A stretch of 57,323 bases of DNA, the filler included, from Circinaria calcarea (Eukaryota): assembly GCA_051942165.1 (NCBI GenBank). It is 6 parts of 6 records of this genome, joined end to end, with 100 filler letters (N's around TTAATTAATTAA, not from the genome) between each part and the next. Parts side by side here need not be neighbours in the genome. Positions count along the whole stretch, not along the records: positions 1 to 9,480 come from JAVECS010000927.1; positions 9,581 to 19,057 come from JAVECS010000928.1; 4 more parts are not named here. One strand, given 5' to 3'. The notes under the pieces were generated by a model. That model saw only the letters and a list, made by a program, of their open reading frames with translations. It searched no databases and was not told where the DNA came from. Below, in pieces: positions 1 to 12,500 of the stretch. Numbering within the stretch: the stretch's first letter is position 1; each line of letters starts with the position of its first letter. A program made the translations under genes and the position numbers.

Positions 1-1801
1 GGGGAGGAGGGTGAGGGGTTTAGACTATACAAAATGCGATGTTAGGCCTTGTTCATAGAGTCTAAGTCGCCAGTAGGAGAAGGAGGAAGGAGACAGACCT
101 CGTATAAATCTTTGAGCATGACTGTCATCCGGGCTAGATACCTGATCGTATCGTCTAGTTTCTGGGTTTTCTTTACAAAGTAGCCATCCAAGACCTGTGT
201 GGATACGATTGCGGACTCAATCATCTCATGGCACTTTTGAGCAGTCTCTTGGCCGAGAGTGATCTCCTCGATGATATAGATGACATTTTTGACGCCTGAT
301 CTGCGGAGGCGAAACTTCTGCTCGTGAAACCGTCTATCCTTGATGCTGGCGACGAGATCGTCCAAACGTTTTCGCTCGACGATATAGTCTAAAACGATTT
401 CGTCACCTTCTTCGCCGAGTCTGGCAAGAAGTAGAGGATCTTTGCATTTGGCTACCCAGAGGGCGTCACCGAGCTCAAGAGATCGCTTTATCACGTGGAC
501 ACCTTTCTTGGCCAATCCACCTTCAATATAGTCCCGATCTGTTTTGGATCGAACTTCCCGATTGTCCAGGACTAGTTCGATGGTGAAAGTGCCTGGGGCA
601 ACGCGCAAGGGCCGAAAGGAAGGGAAGTGGTTTTGCTGGTCATCCCGGTTGGGATTATCCATTGACTTACGTGTGGTGCGTCCTTCGGAACAGAGATTTT
701 CTTTGTTAGCCCAAGGTAACCTGTCATCCTCATACGGAGATGTGTGCGGACTCGATAAAAGCTCAAGGAACTCTGGTTCTGGAGGACGAGCACGCTGACT
801 TTGACGACTTGCTGCGGCCTGACGACTCTCCAATTCAGCCAGAAGCTGCTCCGTAGAAATGACCGCTAACCCCCCGAGGGCTTGTTTGGATTCTCGATCA
901 GCTCTGGCCGTCCTTTGCTTTCTAGCGCATGCATGGTTTCCGTCATCCTCCAGATTAACTATATGCCCGGCACCATGCATGCCTCGCAACTCGTCCTCCT
1001 GACGTGTGACTTGTGTACTATCCTGAGCATCTGAAGTACCTAAGCTATTCAAACTGCCATTGGTGGTATTTTTGATCCTTTTTGCAACTTCCCAACCTTC
1101 CTCGGTCAATGTATATTTCTTCAGAGGCCGTCCCCATGTAAAAATAAGATTTTTATCCAGCAATGTCTTATGTGAGTTCCATGCTGTATAGAATTTGCCG
1201 GGATCACTTGGAGCGGCAAATGACGAGTCGCAATACGGTTGGGCAAGCTCGATTAGTTGAGCCTTGGTTATACCGTCGGACGAGTCCTCTGCAAGTGTTG
1301 CCAAAGCCAGTATGATAGCGTAAGGTCCGGAACGGAGACTAGGAACATACGGCTTGAGTTTCCGAGGTTTCTTTGTCGGAGCCAAGTCAAGAGGGTCGTC
1401 GGGAAGGTTGCCATTGCTCGGTCTCTTTCGCGCTGCAGGATGGAATCAGCATTCAGATGCGAATCTCAAGAATTGCTATAACATTTATAGGGAGGCGCTG
1501 GCATTGGCAAGCCATTTTCCGCGCAATGGGCTTCCAAATTCTCTGTAAGGCGATCACAGAGCTTGGGGCCAAGTCCATGGAGTTGTTGAGCTTCCGACGG
1601 ATGATTGAAGGAGACAGGGCATGCTTTCATGGAGTCGTAAGCCTTCTTGTATCTATCGATATCAGCAAAACATTTCCTGCAGACTTGTTCGAGAAACTGT
1701 ACCTACACACTCAATCCTTTGGAGTTCCTCTCCCGTGCTTCATCCAGCCATTCTTTGATCCAACCCAGTAGAAGGGGATTAGCGCACTCTGAAGCCATCA
1801 T
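1..1801 (-). CDS. MUS81: Crossover junction endonuclease MUS81, multi-exon, 3' end truncated by the window edge
   Basis: Spliced N-terminus (M)MASECANPLLLGWIKEWLDEARERNSKG..YRKAYDSMKACP..HPSEAQQLHGLGPKLC (HhH). Winged-helix region YVPSLRSGPYAI..FYTAWNS. ERCC4 nuclease motifs LVLDNRE, LELGDALW, IVERKRLDDL..SIKDRRFHEQKFRL. Introns near 1650-1705, 1435-1485 and 27-99. Confidence 0.95.
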
Positions 1802-2643
1802 GGCGGTCCACCGCCGTATGTACCGTCTTCAATCGACTCTTAATAGTCTGCTCATGAGACTGTACTAATGGACGTATTCATATTGCGGAAAGCTCATGTT
1901 TACTCTCCAGCGACCCTCGAGCTCGTAAATAGCGTAGAGCAATTAGTGCTTCGCGCTAGCTCGCGATGGCACGCGCTTTCGAGCTCCTCGAGTATCTCAC
2001 AGAAAGGAAGGAAGGTTCTCTGTCATTCACCCAGGTACCCGTATCAATCCGCTTTATTTCGTTTACATGTACATATACTCTTCTTGTGGGATCCCTAGTA
2101 ATCATCAGGTCTTTCCCCTTAACCGCCTAACTCAGTGACCCTCGGGGCTTACCACCCCACCTACCATTGACCTATTTGTATATGTTTTGAGCGCCGAAGA
2201 GCGTGAGAGCGGCCGCCGTTATCTTAGGTCACCGAGTTTGCCAACGATATTACTAACTACGACGATCGCGTTGCACAAGATTCACCGAGCTATGCTCTAT
2301 ATCAAATACCTCCATGCTCACTTTATTAGTGATTAATAAAACTTATTCTAAAATTTTGTCGTTTTCTAATTTTCATCTTGAGATTCCCAGTTCATTGCCT
2401 GTTTTCACGTTCCGATATCGAGCTCTTGAACAATGCACGAAAGCAACGCGATGACCAGAAGACAGGACCGAGCGTGAAGATCGCTCCTTTCCCCTGAGCT
2501 TATTTTAGGTCCCCTCGCTTGCAGATGATGTCAATTTAGAGCTCTTAGCTCGCTTCCTCCCAAGCTTGCTTGAAGCTCACTCCTCACTCCAGTTCCCCAG
2601 GGTCCCCTCCATTTTCCCTTGTCTCCCGTCCCTTTTACCTAAC

Positions 2644-2699
2644 CATCCATCCATCCATTCATCCTCACCCTCATCCCCATCCTCATCCTCATCCTCACA
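2644..2699 (+). repeat. Imperfect (CCAT)n/(CATCCT)n microsatellite upstream of the small acidic protein gene
   Basis: ccatccatccatccattcatcctcaccctcatccccatcctcatcctcatcctcac read directly. Confidence 0.8.
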
Positions 2700-2742
2700 T
2701 TCGATTTCCTACTCAATCTATTCTAGGTAACCCGTGTCCAAC

Positions 2743-3405
2743 ATGTCTACGCGCAAGCGAAAGCAAGAAGTCGAGGAAGAAGAGTTGGTTGCTTTGCCCA
2801 GTGATGAGAGCGACGAGGAAGAAGAGTAAGCAGAGCAGATCTCCAGTTCTTGACATCATTCAGCCTTTAGAATACCTCAAAAACCACAATAAGCTATGCG
2901 ATATACTGGCCTCTCGGTAGCGCATTCATAGTCTCACATGGCTTGTGGATGCGCTCGGTCTCTACCGAAGAAACGTTGCGCTGACTTCTCTACCGCCAGA
3001 TATGAGGAGTCTGGTGCCTCCGACCTCGATGAAGAAGAGGACAGTGAAGATGAAGCGCCTGTCGTCGAGGGTATGCAATGACCCAACTCGTTGTTCACGT
3101 AAACTGACGCTTGGACTGCAGCTCCGCCAGCTCCGAAAAAGCGCAAAACCGCGCCGGCCACAACTAAAACAGCTGCTCCTGAAGAGGTAGATGCTGAGGA
3201 AGTACCCGAAGAAGTCTCGGATGAAGATGATGAGGCAGGAGCGCCGGGTGAAGATGATGAAGAAGAGGACGGAGAGGGCGAGGATGAAGAAGGCCCCGGG
3301 GACACGGCGAAAGCCAGTGGACCTGCTGCAACAGCTAAGAAGGTAAAGGGAAGTACGGTTCCGAAAGAGGATAATTTGTCCGAGGTAGAAGATGAAGAGG
3401 ACTAG
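2743..3405 (+). CDS. Small, highly acidic, probably nuclear hypothetical protein (3 exons, ~145 aa)
   Basis: Exons 2743-2825, 3000-3070 and 3122-3405 with GTAAGC/GTATGC donors and CTGAC..CAG acceptors splice in frame: MSTRKRKQEVEEEELVALPSDESDEEEEYEES...APPAPKKRKTA...EDEED*. Contains NLS-like RKRK and PKKRK. Missed by the ORF track. Confidence 0.8.
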
Positions 3406-3989
3406 AATTTTCCTACTACTTAGCCTTGCACTGACTATATATATGAGAGCGTTTTACTGGGAATCCGTATGGATAGTTATGACACTACTGTTTGGCGAAG
3501 TAAATCGCATTTATGCATGATCAATCACTAAAATTCAGCGGTTGTTCCTTAACCTCTTGCCCGCTTGAAATGGTAAAGTATTGCTCTGTCTTTCCCGCAA
3601 CAAAATTGTACAGAGTAGCTGTAGGTTTCAGGGTGATTATGCGACCAATGCGCTTCATGGGGTATGCGGTCGTTTCTGGGGTGGGGTCGAAGGAAGGGGG
3701 CGCAGCATCCTTCTCGTCGCTGAAGTGCTTGACTATTTCAGCATCCTGCTCTGTGAAATAGACAGCAACAGTCTTCTGAGTGTTAAGCCTTATTAGATCC
3801 AAGTCGTATATCTTGTAGGTTTCTCCATCCCCAGTTGCCGTGGAACGTCTCTCTGAGAGTCTTCTTCGGCTTTTGTTATCCGCACATCCACTGCTGGCCG
3901 CCTGAAAATAATGTTATGTTGATATTTCTGAATACTAATGCAAATGCGTCCTAGTAGGCCTAATTAGCACTTCACCAAACGTCGAGACA

Positions 3990-5480
3990 ATGCGCAACTC
4001 CGAGAAACTTCCCATTCGTCCTTCACACTCGCAGGACCAGCCGGCCCAAGAGTATCTCCACAATGCTAGCGGGCAACGCGTTGACACCGATGCTGTCATT
4101 GCCAAAGCCATCAGGGAGCAATATCCTCGCCTTCATCTCACCATTACCCCGCAATATAACTGTAACCTTCTGAGCTATGCTGCTGCGGGCCACGCTTTCG
4201 CTACGCCCATTACCGGGACAATTGGGGTAGGTTCCACATCTTTGCAGTGGAAAAAATATGCGCCTCCCGCCACGCGCCTGGACAATCAACCTGGGGTACT
4301 CTTTGACCAGATATTCTTTGGTAAATACACGTACAACTGGAAGGGTCATGAGTTTATTCTCTACCTTGTGGATGGCAGAGACCCACCCTTTATGGTCAAG
4401 AACAACTATATCCTGAGCAAGTCCGAGGATGCGACGAGTGAGCTCATTATGGCGGCCTCACAATATAGTGTTGAGCTGCATGACGAGATCTTTGTCTTCG
4501 ACCAGGGCTACTGGCAGAAAAGCAAGGAGCTTTGGCAAAGCGCACAGAATACACATTGGCAAGATGTGATTCTTGATAGTGACATGAAGAAGGCAATCGT
4601 GGGAGATGTCCAGAAATTCTTCAACTCTAGATTGACTTATACGAATCTTAGAGTGCCGTGGAAGAGGGGAATTATCTATCATGGCCCACCTGGTAAGCTA
4701 GACCATCTGAAACTCGCAGCCCAAGTCCGGATATACTTCTAACGTCCCCGGTATGTCCCAGGTAATGGGAAAACTATCAGTATCAAGGCAACAATGCACA
4801 CTCTATATAATAGAGATGACCCAGTACCTACCCTTTATGTCCGAAGTCTAGCCAGGTAAGTCAAGCATTGACTCTCTGCACTCTTCGCTAATGTAAGAAG
4901 CTACGCGGGGCCAGAGAACGCGCTTAGTCTCATCTTTTCAAAAGCCAGGGAAACAGCCCCATGTTATCTTGTCTTCGAAGACCTAGACAGCATTGTTACA
5001 AATCAAGTTCGCAGTTACTTCCTCAATGAGGTCGACGGCCTTCAGAATAATGATGGTATCTTGATGGTAGGTAGCACAAACCACTTGGACCGCCTCGATC
5101 CTGGGCTTTCCAAGCGACCGAGCCGGTTTGACCGTAAGTATTACTTCCCGGATCCAAATATGGAGCAGCGAGTCAAGTACTGCGAGTATTGGCAAAATAA
5201 GCTGTCGGACAATGATGATATTGAATTCCCCGAAGAAATCTGTACTGCAGTTGCCAACATCACCGACGGTTTTAGCTTCGCCTACATTCAAGAAGCATTC
5301 GTCGGTGCGTTACTAGTAATCGCTAACGAAGACAAGCTCTTCGTACCTAGTGAGAAAGGCGACGACGATGACTTAGATAAGTATATCTTATGGAGACAGA
5401 TAAAGAAACAGATCAAGATCCTTCGCGACGAGATGGGTGACAGGCAGCGCATGAACAAGGAAGCCCCCGTTGCCTCTTAA
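3990..5480 (+). CDS. AAA+ ATPase (fungal YjoB/BCS1-like family), 3 exons
   Basis: Walker A split by intron 4693-4761 (GIIYHGPP|GNGKT). Second intron 4856-4900. Walker B YLVFEDLD. SRH region GSTNHLDRLDPGLSKRPSRFDRK. Confidence 0.92.
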
Positions 5481-6214
5481 AGAAAACGCCGAATGCAGCA
5501 AGTATCCGTTAGTAACCTGCTTGAGAGCTCAGTGGTCAGTACCGGATCGAGTTATAGCACGGCAATGAAGCTGCACAGCATGGGAACATAGGCGGAGAAT
5601 TGCGAGAGAAAGAAGGAAATTGCAGTCTATAGGCTATGATGTGACTTTGATACGTCAAAGTACATCTTTTCTTATTGCGATACCAGAAGAAGGCTAAGAA
5701 TTCGAAACGATTGCATAATGTTGGCCAGCAGCAGGAGTCCGTAAGGTATGTCCTAACATAACAACTAAACCTTATGAACAATTATCCTCCGGTGCAAGTC
5801 TTCCTGCGATGTGGGCTAGCAAACTTATTTGATCATTATTAAACGTCTAATGTCTCTACGACAGTAGTTATATTGAGGCTCTTCAGCTTTGCATTGCTCA
5901 AGTGCTTACTTCACAGGCCATGTTAAGTAGTCCCAGCGGTAACCAAGTCAAATTATATGCTTCATGATTTCACATGGTACGTGGAATGTTATATCAGTGG
6001 TGTATCGTGCATTGCCAAGCTGCACGAGGCCACCAATAACTCTCTCTTTGCCCCACCGTCCATCGTGCATCAGGCTTAAGCCTCATCGTTTGCTGTCATA
6101 ATCCACCATAGCTTCCATTGAATTTGAACTTCTCAACTGTAGTGAGATCTCCTTATCTGGCCTTACGACAATTGCTCCTTTTAATGGTTTGTAAATGATC
6201 GTGCGATTTTCAGT

Positions 6215-8429
6215 ATGGACAATTTGTCATGGGGAAGTGTTTCTCGCAAGCGCTTGATCGAAAACATCACACTGCTACGGATGTTGAATGAGATCCCCGA
6301 GCCTACTAAGGAACATACCCTTCCCGATGTCAACAACCCTGAACGAGGGTTGAGCCTCCAACGGGAGAAGGAGATCGTGGATAACCTCGCCTTCCTATCA
6401 TCTATTACTGATAATCGAAGCAGGATTATGGCCGTCTGTATTGAAGAAGAAGTTAATAGGCAAGGGCTAACAATTCGCTTGGCTGTAAACGATGGAGACC
6501 TTATGGAGGAAAAGCGCGGATTTGAGGAGATTGCCCGAGTTTTAGAGCTGGCAGCATTACGGGGTTTGTGGTGTTGTTAATGGTCGCCCTAGGTGAGAGA
6601 ACTGATACTGTCAGTCAGTGCATACAAAGCCGCATGACACTGCTGCTCTCCTCCGTCAAGTCGTTGCTCTAGATTATTACCGCATATTATCTCGTCTACG
6701 ATCGAGGCATGCCAAATCAACCCGAAAGACACAAGGTAAACCGGCACTCCTGCTGCAATTGAATGAAGCTATACAACATGCGTCAATTGTGCCAAGGGGA
6801 AAGGTCACGAAGGATGAGTTATCTAAGATCCGAGTCATGGCCAGAGACCTACAAACATTGTTCGCGAGCTTTGAAGCAATACCGGATCACCGCGCGAAAT
6901 CATCGACAGTCCAGGAGATTGCCAGTAGTATGGTGACACTGGCGCACGAGCTAAGTTCGCTGCTCGGGCCAGCTCTCAATACGACAACAAAGCTTGATCC
7001 TAGCCTCAAAAGCCACTTACCAGAAGCAGTTGGAAAACTTGGTCGATATTATACGGCTAGCTGTGAGCTCATCTCTGCCGCACGAAGTAAATCGAACAAC
7101 TTATTTCGACGCATTACGGTGGAAACTTGTCAAGTCGCCGGACCCTCGAATGCTTTAGTACCTGGTCCTTCATCGACGCTCATAAAAACTGTCCAAAACG
7201 TCCTAAGACCAGGTACCCTCCAGCAGCAAAGAGCATTACGTAGCTCTTTGGAGAACCTCCTGGCGAAACCACTTAGGACCTCCGAGTCAGAGTTTCAATC
7301 TCGAAATCTGGATAATAGCAAAGCTCAGAGAGTCCATGCAGAGATCCAACTTTTATTCTTCTACGAGCTGCATCCAGAGATCTTGCGACCGAGAGTAATC
7401 TGCTCCAGCAAAAGTGCCTGTTACCTATGCGATCTGTTTGTGAGGTGTCACGGTCAGTTCCACATATCTAGAACCCATGGCAGGCTTTATAGCAAGTGGA
7501 ATCTACCCAGCTGCTACTGGGATTCATGTCTGAAACCAGCACTTCAACATAACATGAAGATTTCCACACAAAAGTTCAATCGTGATTTAGAAGATAAGAT
7601 TAGGTCAATGTTTTGTATTGGGAGAGCAGCACCATGCAATCACCCTAATGAGAGTGTCCTAATAGCGCCTGCACACTGGTCTTCATCAACCCTTTCCAAA
7701 GCGCTGCATTCCCCAGCTGCACTCTCAACGTCTACTATTCAATTATATCCTAATGGAAATGGGATATACGGCGACAGTAATGAAGGTGCATCAATTCTCC
7801 AGGTTTCCCAGCAGATGGATGAAACAAGTTCCCAAAGCACCATTCGCAGCATAGTTTCGACGGTAGTATCCGGCGAGATTGCCACTGCTGGGACATCCCC
7901 AGCCTCAGTCAACCAATCGGTTCTCTTGTTGCCAGACACGAACGAGCACATGGAGAAAGAGGTTCAGCCATCAAAGACGCCTTCTGACGCGATGCCATCT
8001 TCCGTAGCCAGTGAACCTTCCGTCCTTGGGCCTCAGGGTCTTCCGAACTTTACACCACCTGTTTCTACACACCTAGCTCGAGGCGAGTCTATATGTGGAG
8101 AGCTTTCAAGGCCAGAGCAGTCTGTTAGAGTAGATACAGATGCGATACATCTCTCTCTATCCCGCGACTGCATCCAGCATACAGATTCCGACGCAGGTGC
8201 TCGCTATCTACCTCGCTGCTGGGTCCGAGTGAAAAGGCTCGACAAGAATGACGTCTCGCAGGACTCCATCGCAGGATCTCAGGTCTTCGGGTTGGAGAAT
8301 ATGGCCGAAGGCTCTGCAGTGACCACAGATTGTGGTGCGGCAGAAGCATCTACAGAGTTGTATATTCGCCAGGGACGAGATACGATCTCTATCAAATACG
8401 GCTACGCCAACCCCGTAGACAATGAATGA
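6215..8429 (+). CDS. OTT_1508-like nucleic acid/nucleotide deaminase (Zn-dependent), 2 exons
   Basis: Motifs VHAEIQLLFFYE...RVICSSKSACYLC...RTHGRLYSKW. N-terminal exon LSLQREKEIVDNLAFLS..IMAVCIEE..LTIRLAVN is typical of fungal members. Intron ~6564-6618. Confidence 0.85.
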
Positions 8430-9480
8430 TGAGCTGATGAATACAACTCCGGTAGATGCAGACCTACTCAGCGCCATCGCCGAGGCTGGTTCGGCGCACC
8501 TACTTCATTACCTCAAAGTGAATCGAGTACTCGGACTTGGCGCTGGCTTATGAGTAAAACATTTTTTTGGCAAAGTTAATGCGGCAAACTTGGAATTCTT
8601 AGCGGCTATCGCAAGCGTGACGCGATCGGGTCTACGTTTCGGGCCGTATGGTAGGCGTGAAACATGGGCTTAGATGGCCAAGGGGTAAAGTCTGACCTGC
8701 GTCGCTACCTCATTCTGCTGCCGTTCCTGTCTTTTGTATCTTCAACGTTGATCTATGTTCCGTATGAAGTGCCAGATATCCTCACACTCGTGAAAGCATC
8801 GTCATTTAACCTGCAGCTATCACGCTGGGAGGGTATCGGCTGCGAAGGACTTGCGGAACACTTGGCCTAGTTCTATCCCTGCTCGGCTTTTTGTCTTTAT
8901 CATTGCATTATTCACGATCCTTTGTTTTATCCTATGTCTCACCGTACAACTAAAGTAACGGCCTCTGTTTTACGCTACTCCTGTACCGAAACCAGAATGA
9001 AGCTGTTGTGCCATGTCTCTTTTCTGCATCCCCCAATTCATTTACACGCGGACCAAACGCGATAACAGCCACCGGTCTTGCGACTCGAACACGCAAGTAG
9101 CACATTGCAACTATCTGGTTACGGGTAATGGCCCGCATGGTCTGATTCGGATTTTTCCTCTACCATAGTGCCTTTAGGTTGACCCGCCACAATTGACTTG
9201 TATCCTTCGGCTATGCTATGGAGGGCAACACGCCGCTAAGCCAAATCGGGTCTACCGGGTGATTTCCAACAGGCCGGCCACTGAGTTGTCGACCACGATG
9301 TTGTCTTTGTGGTGTGTACTGCCACATTCTTTTCATCTTAAAGTGGCTCTGAGAATGACCACTGATCTCGTTTCTTTCCTTGTGTCGGCGAATGTATTTT
9401 GCCTAGAGGCTGTACAATGCTACCATCTCGATCGTTCTGGAAACGATTCGATGTACTTTTATTCTTTTGTATTATCACCG

Positions 9481-9580
9481 NNNNNNNNNNNNNNNNNNNN
9501 NNNNNNNNNNNNNNNNNNNNNNNNTTAATTAATTAANNNNNNNNNNNNNNNNNNNNNNNNNNNNNNNNNNNNNNNNNNNN
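9481..9580. other. Artificial contig linker N44-TTAATTAATTAA-N44
   Basis: N runs flanking a 12-mer that places stops in all six frames. Confidence 0.98.
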
Positions 9581-12500
9581 TCCTATTTTGCCAAGCTTCC
9601 TAACGACTGATATGCCTGTAGACCAGTACGCACTTCTTGTTCAAGTTTTTAATAGATGAAATATCCATATAGTTGCAAACGCCTTACCTCACTGCCACCT
9701 CCGCAAGCTCCGGAGGCCTCAGACTTCTTTCATCTTAGCTCCGCAAAAGGATTAATCCGAACCGATATTACATAATCCTGGTTTGAAAGAAGTCAGAGTT
9801 CATCCCCGCGTTCCCAAAATATGACTTTTACCAACCACGTAACCACCACGCATAATTAATTAAGTCCGCTCTGATTATTCTCTTCTAAATACTCCACTCT
9901 GTAATATAATTCTTTAAATACTTAATTCCACCCAATGGTTGTTAAGCAAAACGCCAATAACCAAAGATCACGATATTACTGTAACCGCCTCCAACTAGCC
10001 CATTTCACGACCATACTCGTAGTAAATTGCCAACTCAACACCTTAGAACAACTATCAGAACCTCTTATTTTCCCATCCAAACCTTCCCAACCCCCCCCCT
10101 TTCATATAAGGCCCTCGATAAGAAGTAGCGTAAACGGTGGAGTTAAAACGCGTAGGAGAGGAAAAAGTTGAACCGCAAGAATTTATAATTAATGAAAAAA
10201 GATGAATATTAAATAAATAATCAGCTGACTCGAGTAAATTATTTATATTAAATAACCTCCCGAATTAAATGTCGCGAGATCAGCAAATCCCCCCTTTGTA
10301 AAGAAGGCGCCGTGGTAGATGTAAAAGTCGCGGGATAGATCAGAGGGTTCTTAATTTTTTTGGGGTCATGCTTTGCTGGTCACCTTCGTTCCTCCCAAGG
10401 CCGGGAACTCATCTTGGGCTGTTCCTGTCCTGATCGGTGCCTGATACAGCGGAAAAGCAAGTTTTGAAAATCCTAGCAGAATAATGTAATTGGGTATGGG
10501 CTTCGACTACGTTTACCTCAACCCTACGTGGATTACCAATTTGTAACTGACGAGCAAGACGTGATATTAGCTTATATATGGCCGCCGACTTCTCTGTATA
10601 CATGCTTTACAGGAATCATTGCCTTCTCTGCCCGCAATTCGCGCCTTACTTTAGTTTCCTGCAGGAATCTTATTACTTTCTTCCTCTCCTGTACGCCTGT
10701 CCCCTAGAAGCCGAGTCTCTAAATATGGTTCATCTCTTTTATAACACGTCTCATACCTCACCGCTTTCTATACCGACCTTGCTCGACGAAGCTACAGCAA
10801 GACTTAGCCACCTCAAGGGTTCAACGCCTGCACAGCCTCTAGACGGTCGCATATCTGAGATATGCAATCACTTCTTAGTGCCAGTCCTCGGGTAATAACC
10901 TCTATGAGAACATACCAGTTTCCAACATGGTAGAAGGTATGACATACGAGTGATAGTGATTTGCATTGCATGAGATCTATCTGTTCTATGTGGGTATTAG
11001 GGCGGTATATGTAGTAGAATGTAAATAGCAGCATGTGGAAAGCACATGTACATTCGGCAATTGAAAATAAGTACGTAATAAGTAAAGGGTTCGCTTAGCC
11101 AATGGCCTAACAGCCGCCTTCTCCTCTTTCGTGCTGTGCACCAAGTAAGCACTATGTATACCCATACCGGAGTCATGGTACATGCCTTAGATCCATAAGG
11201 TAGTCCCATGGGAGGAGGCTTACTAGTATGGAAAAATCCAGCAGCATAAAGATCACGACTTATTTTATGCATGACACCAACCCTAGGCTTGTTATAGTCG
11301 GTAGGGTGATTTTCAGCAATCCGGGGCTGCAGAGAAGGGGAAAAGTAGATGATGCCAGAGTGCGCAAAGTCGGGGAAGGTGGAGAGCGAGTATATTAGGG
11401 GCGTGATCTTTGAAGCTCTCAATTGAAAGTTCAAGCCAATCAGGACGGGTGGAAGTATCAAGAGCGCAAGATCAGGGGAAAATAATAAAATGGGCTTTTC
11501 GGATCGAAGCCCTATCTCCACTGCGAGAGGAGTCAGTGGACGCTCTTACCGAGGGAGCAGTGATATTTTCCGATCCTAGCATTTGATTGCTATGCTGTGC
11601 TACTCCATACCTTGAAAATAAAAGGGTGTGATGAAAGTCTCGAATCATGAGTTGCTTGATTGTGGGATAAGGACATGATGAACGTGTGTCATGGAGGAGA
11701 AGTAGCGTTGCAGTAGGAATATCAAAATTGGTTGGACGCATCCTCCCACAAATGGCGAATGCGGCAACGTAGATGACTGTGCAGGCAGCAGGAACTCATC
11801 CCATCAGTTGAGTGGATAAACATCCCGTAAGCCATGGAAGTGACGATCATATGGGAGTGTCGATAAAAGAGGGGTAAGATAAGAACGATCAATCAGAAGA
11901 CGAAGCCCTGGATGAAAGACTCCAAAGTGTGTGGAGGAGGTCAAAGTATCAAATGCTAAAATGTGATGAACTCTAAGGTTAAGAACGAGCACGTGCATGT
12001 AGCATGGCGGCCATGTATGCAGGCCCGGCCCTTTTCGAACAGGAACATTCCGTCATCACATGAGTCTCGACAACAGTTCCCTCTAGACTCTCAAGGGTGG
12101 GTGCCATCAAAGGAGATATATACATTGCGACACGCGATAGCCAAGCACGTAAGAGGAAGGCGAACGACAGGGAAACCAACCACCGGAGTGATTGGAACAG
12201 GTGACAGCGATAGGCGTTTCGAGGATTTTGGAGTCGTACTGTAGCATCCCACTTGCCCCCTAAAACCCCCACTCTATGGTAACCTACCACACCATCCCAC
12301 AGAAGTCCCCTAAAGTAGTAGACGTTTAAACGTGTGGATGTTGGAAAAGGGCTGCAACCACCAAGAAAATCCAGGGAACCCGGAGAGAACAAATCAAGCG
12401 CGTCGACTAAGCGCCCGGCGTCCACACCTCGCCAAGTTCCACCAAGCCTGCGCGTCATCCGCAAAAGCTGCGAAGCCGGGCCCTCGGGGCCACAGAGTCG

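Noticed and set aside
3521..3905. 93-aa minus-strand ORF extendable to a possible acceptor at ~3903
   Set aside because: No recognisable domain and no identifiable upstream exon or ATG; squeezed between two plus-strand genes.
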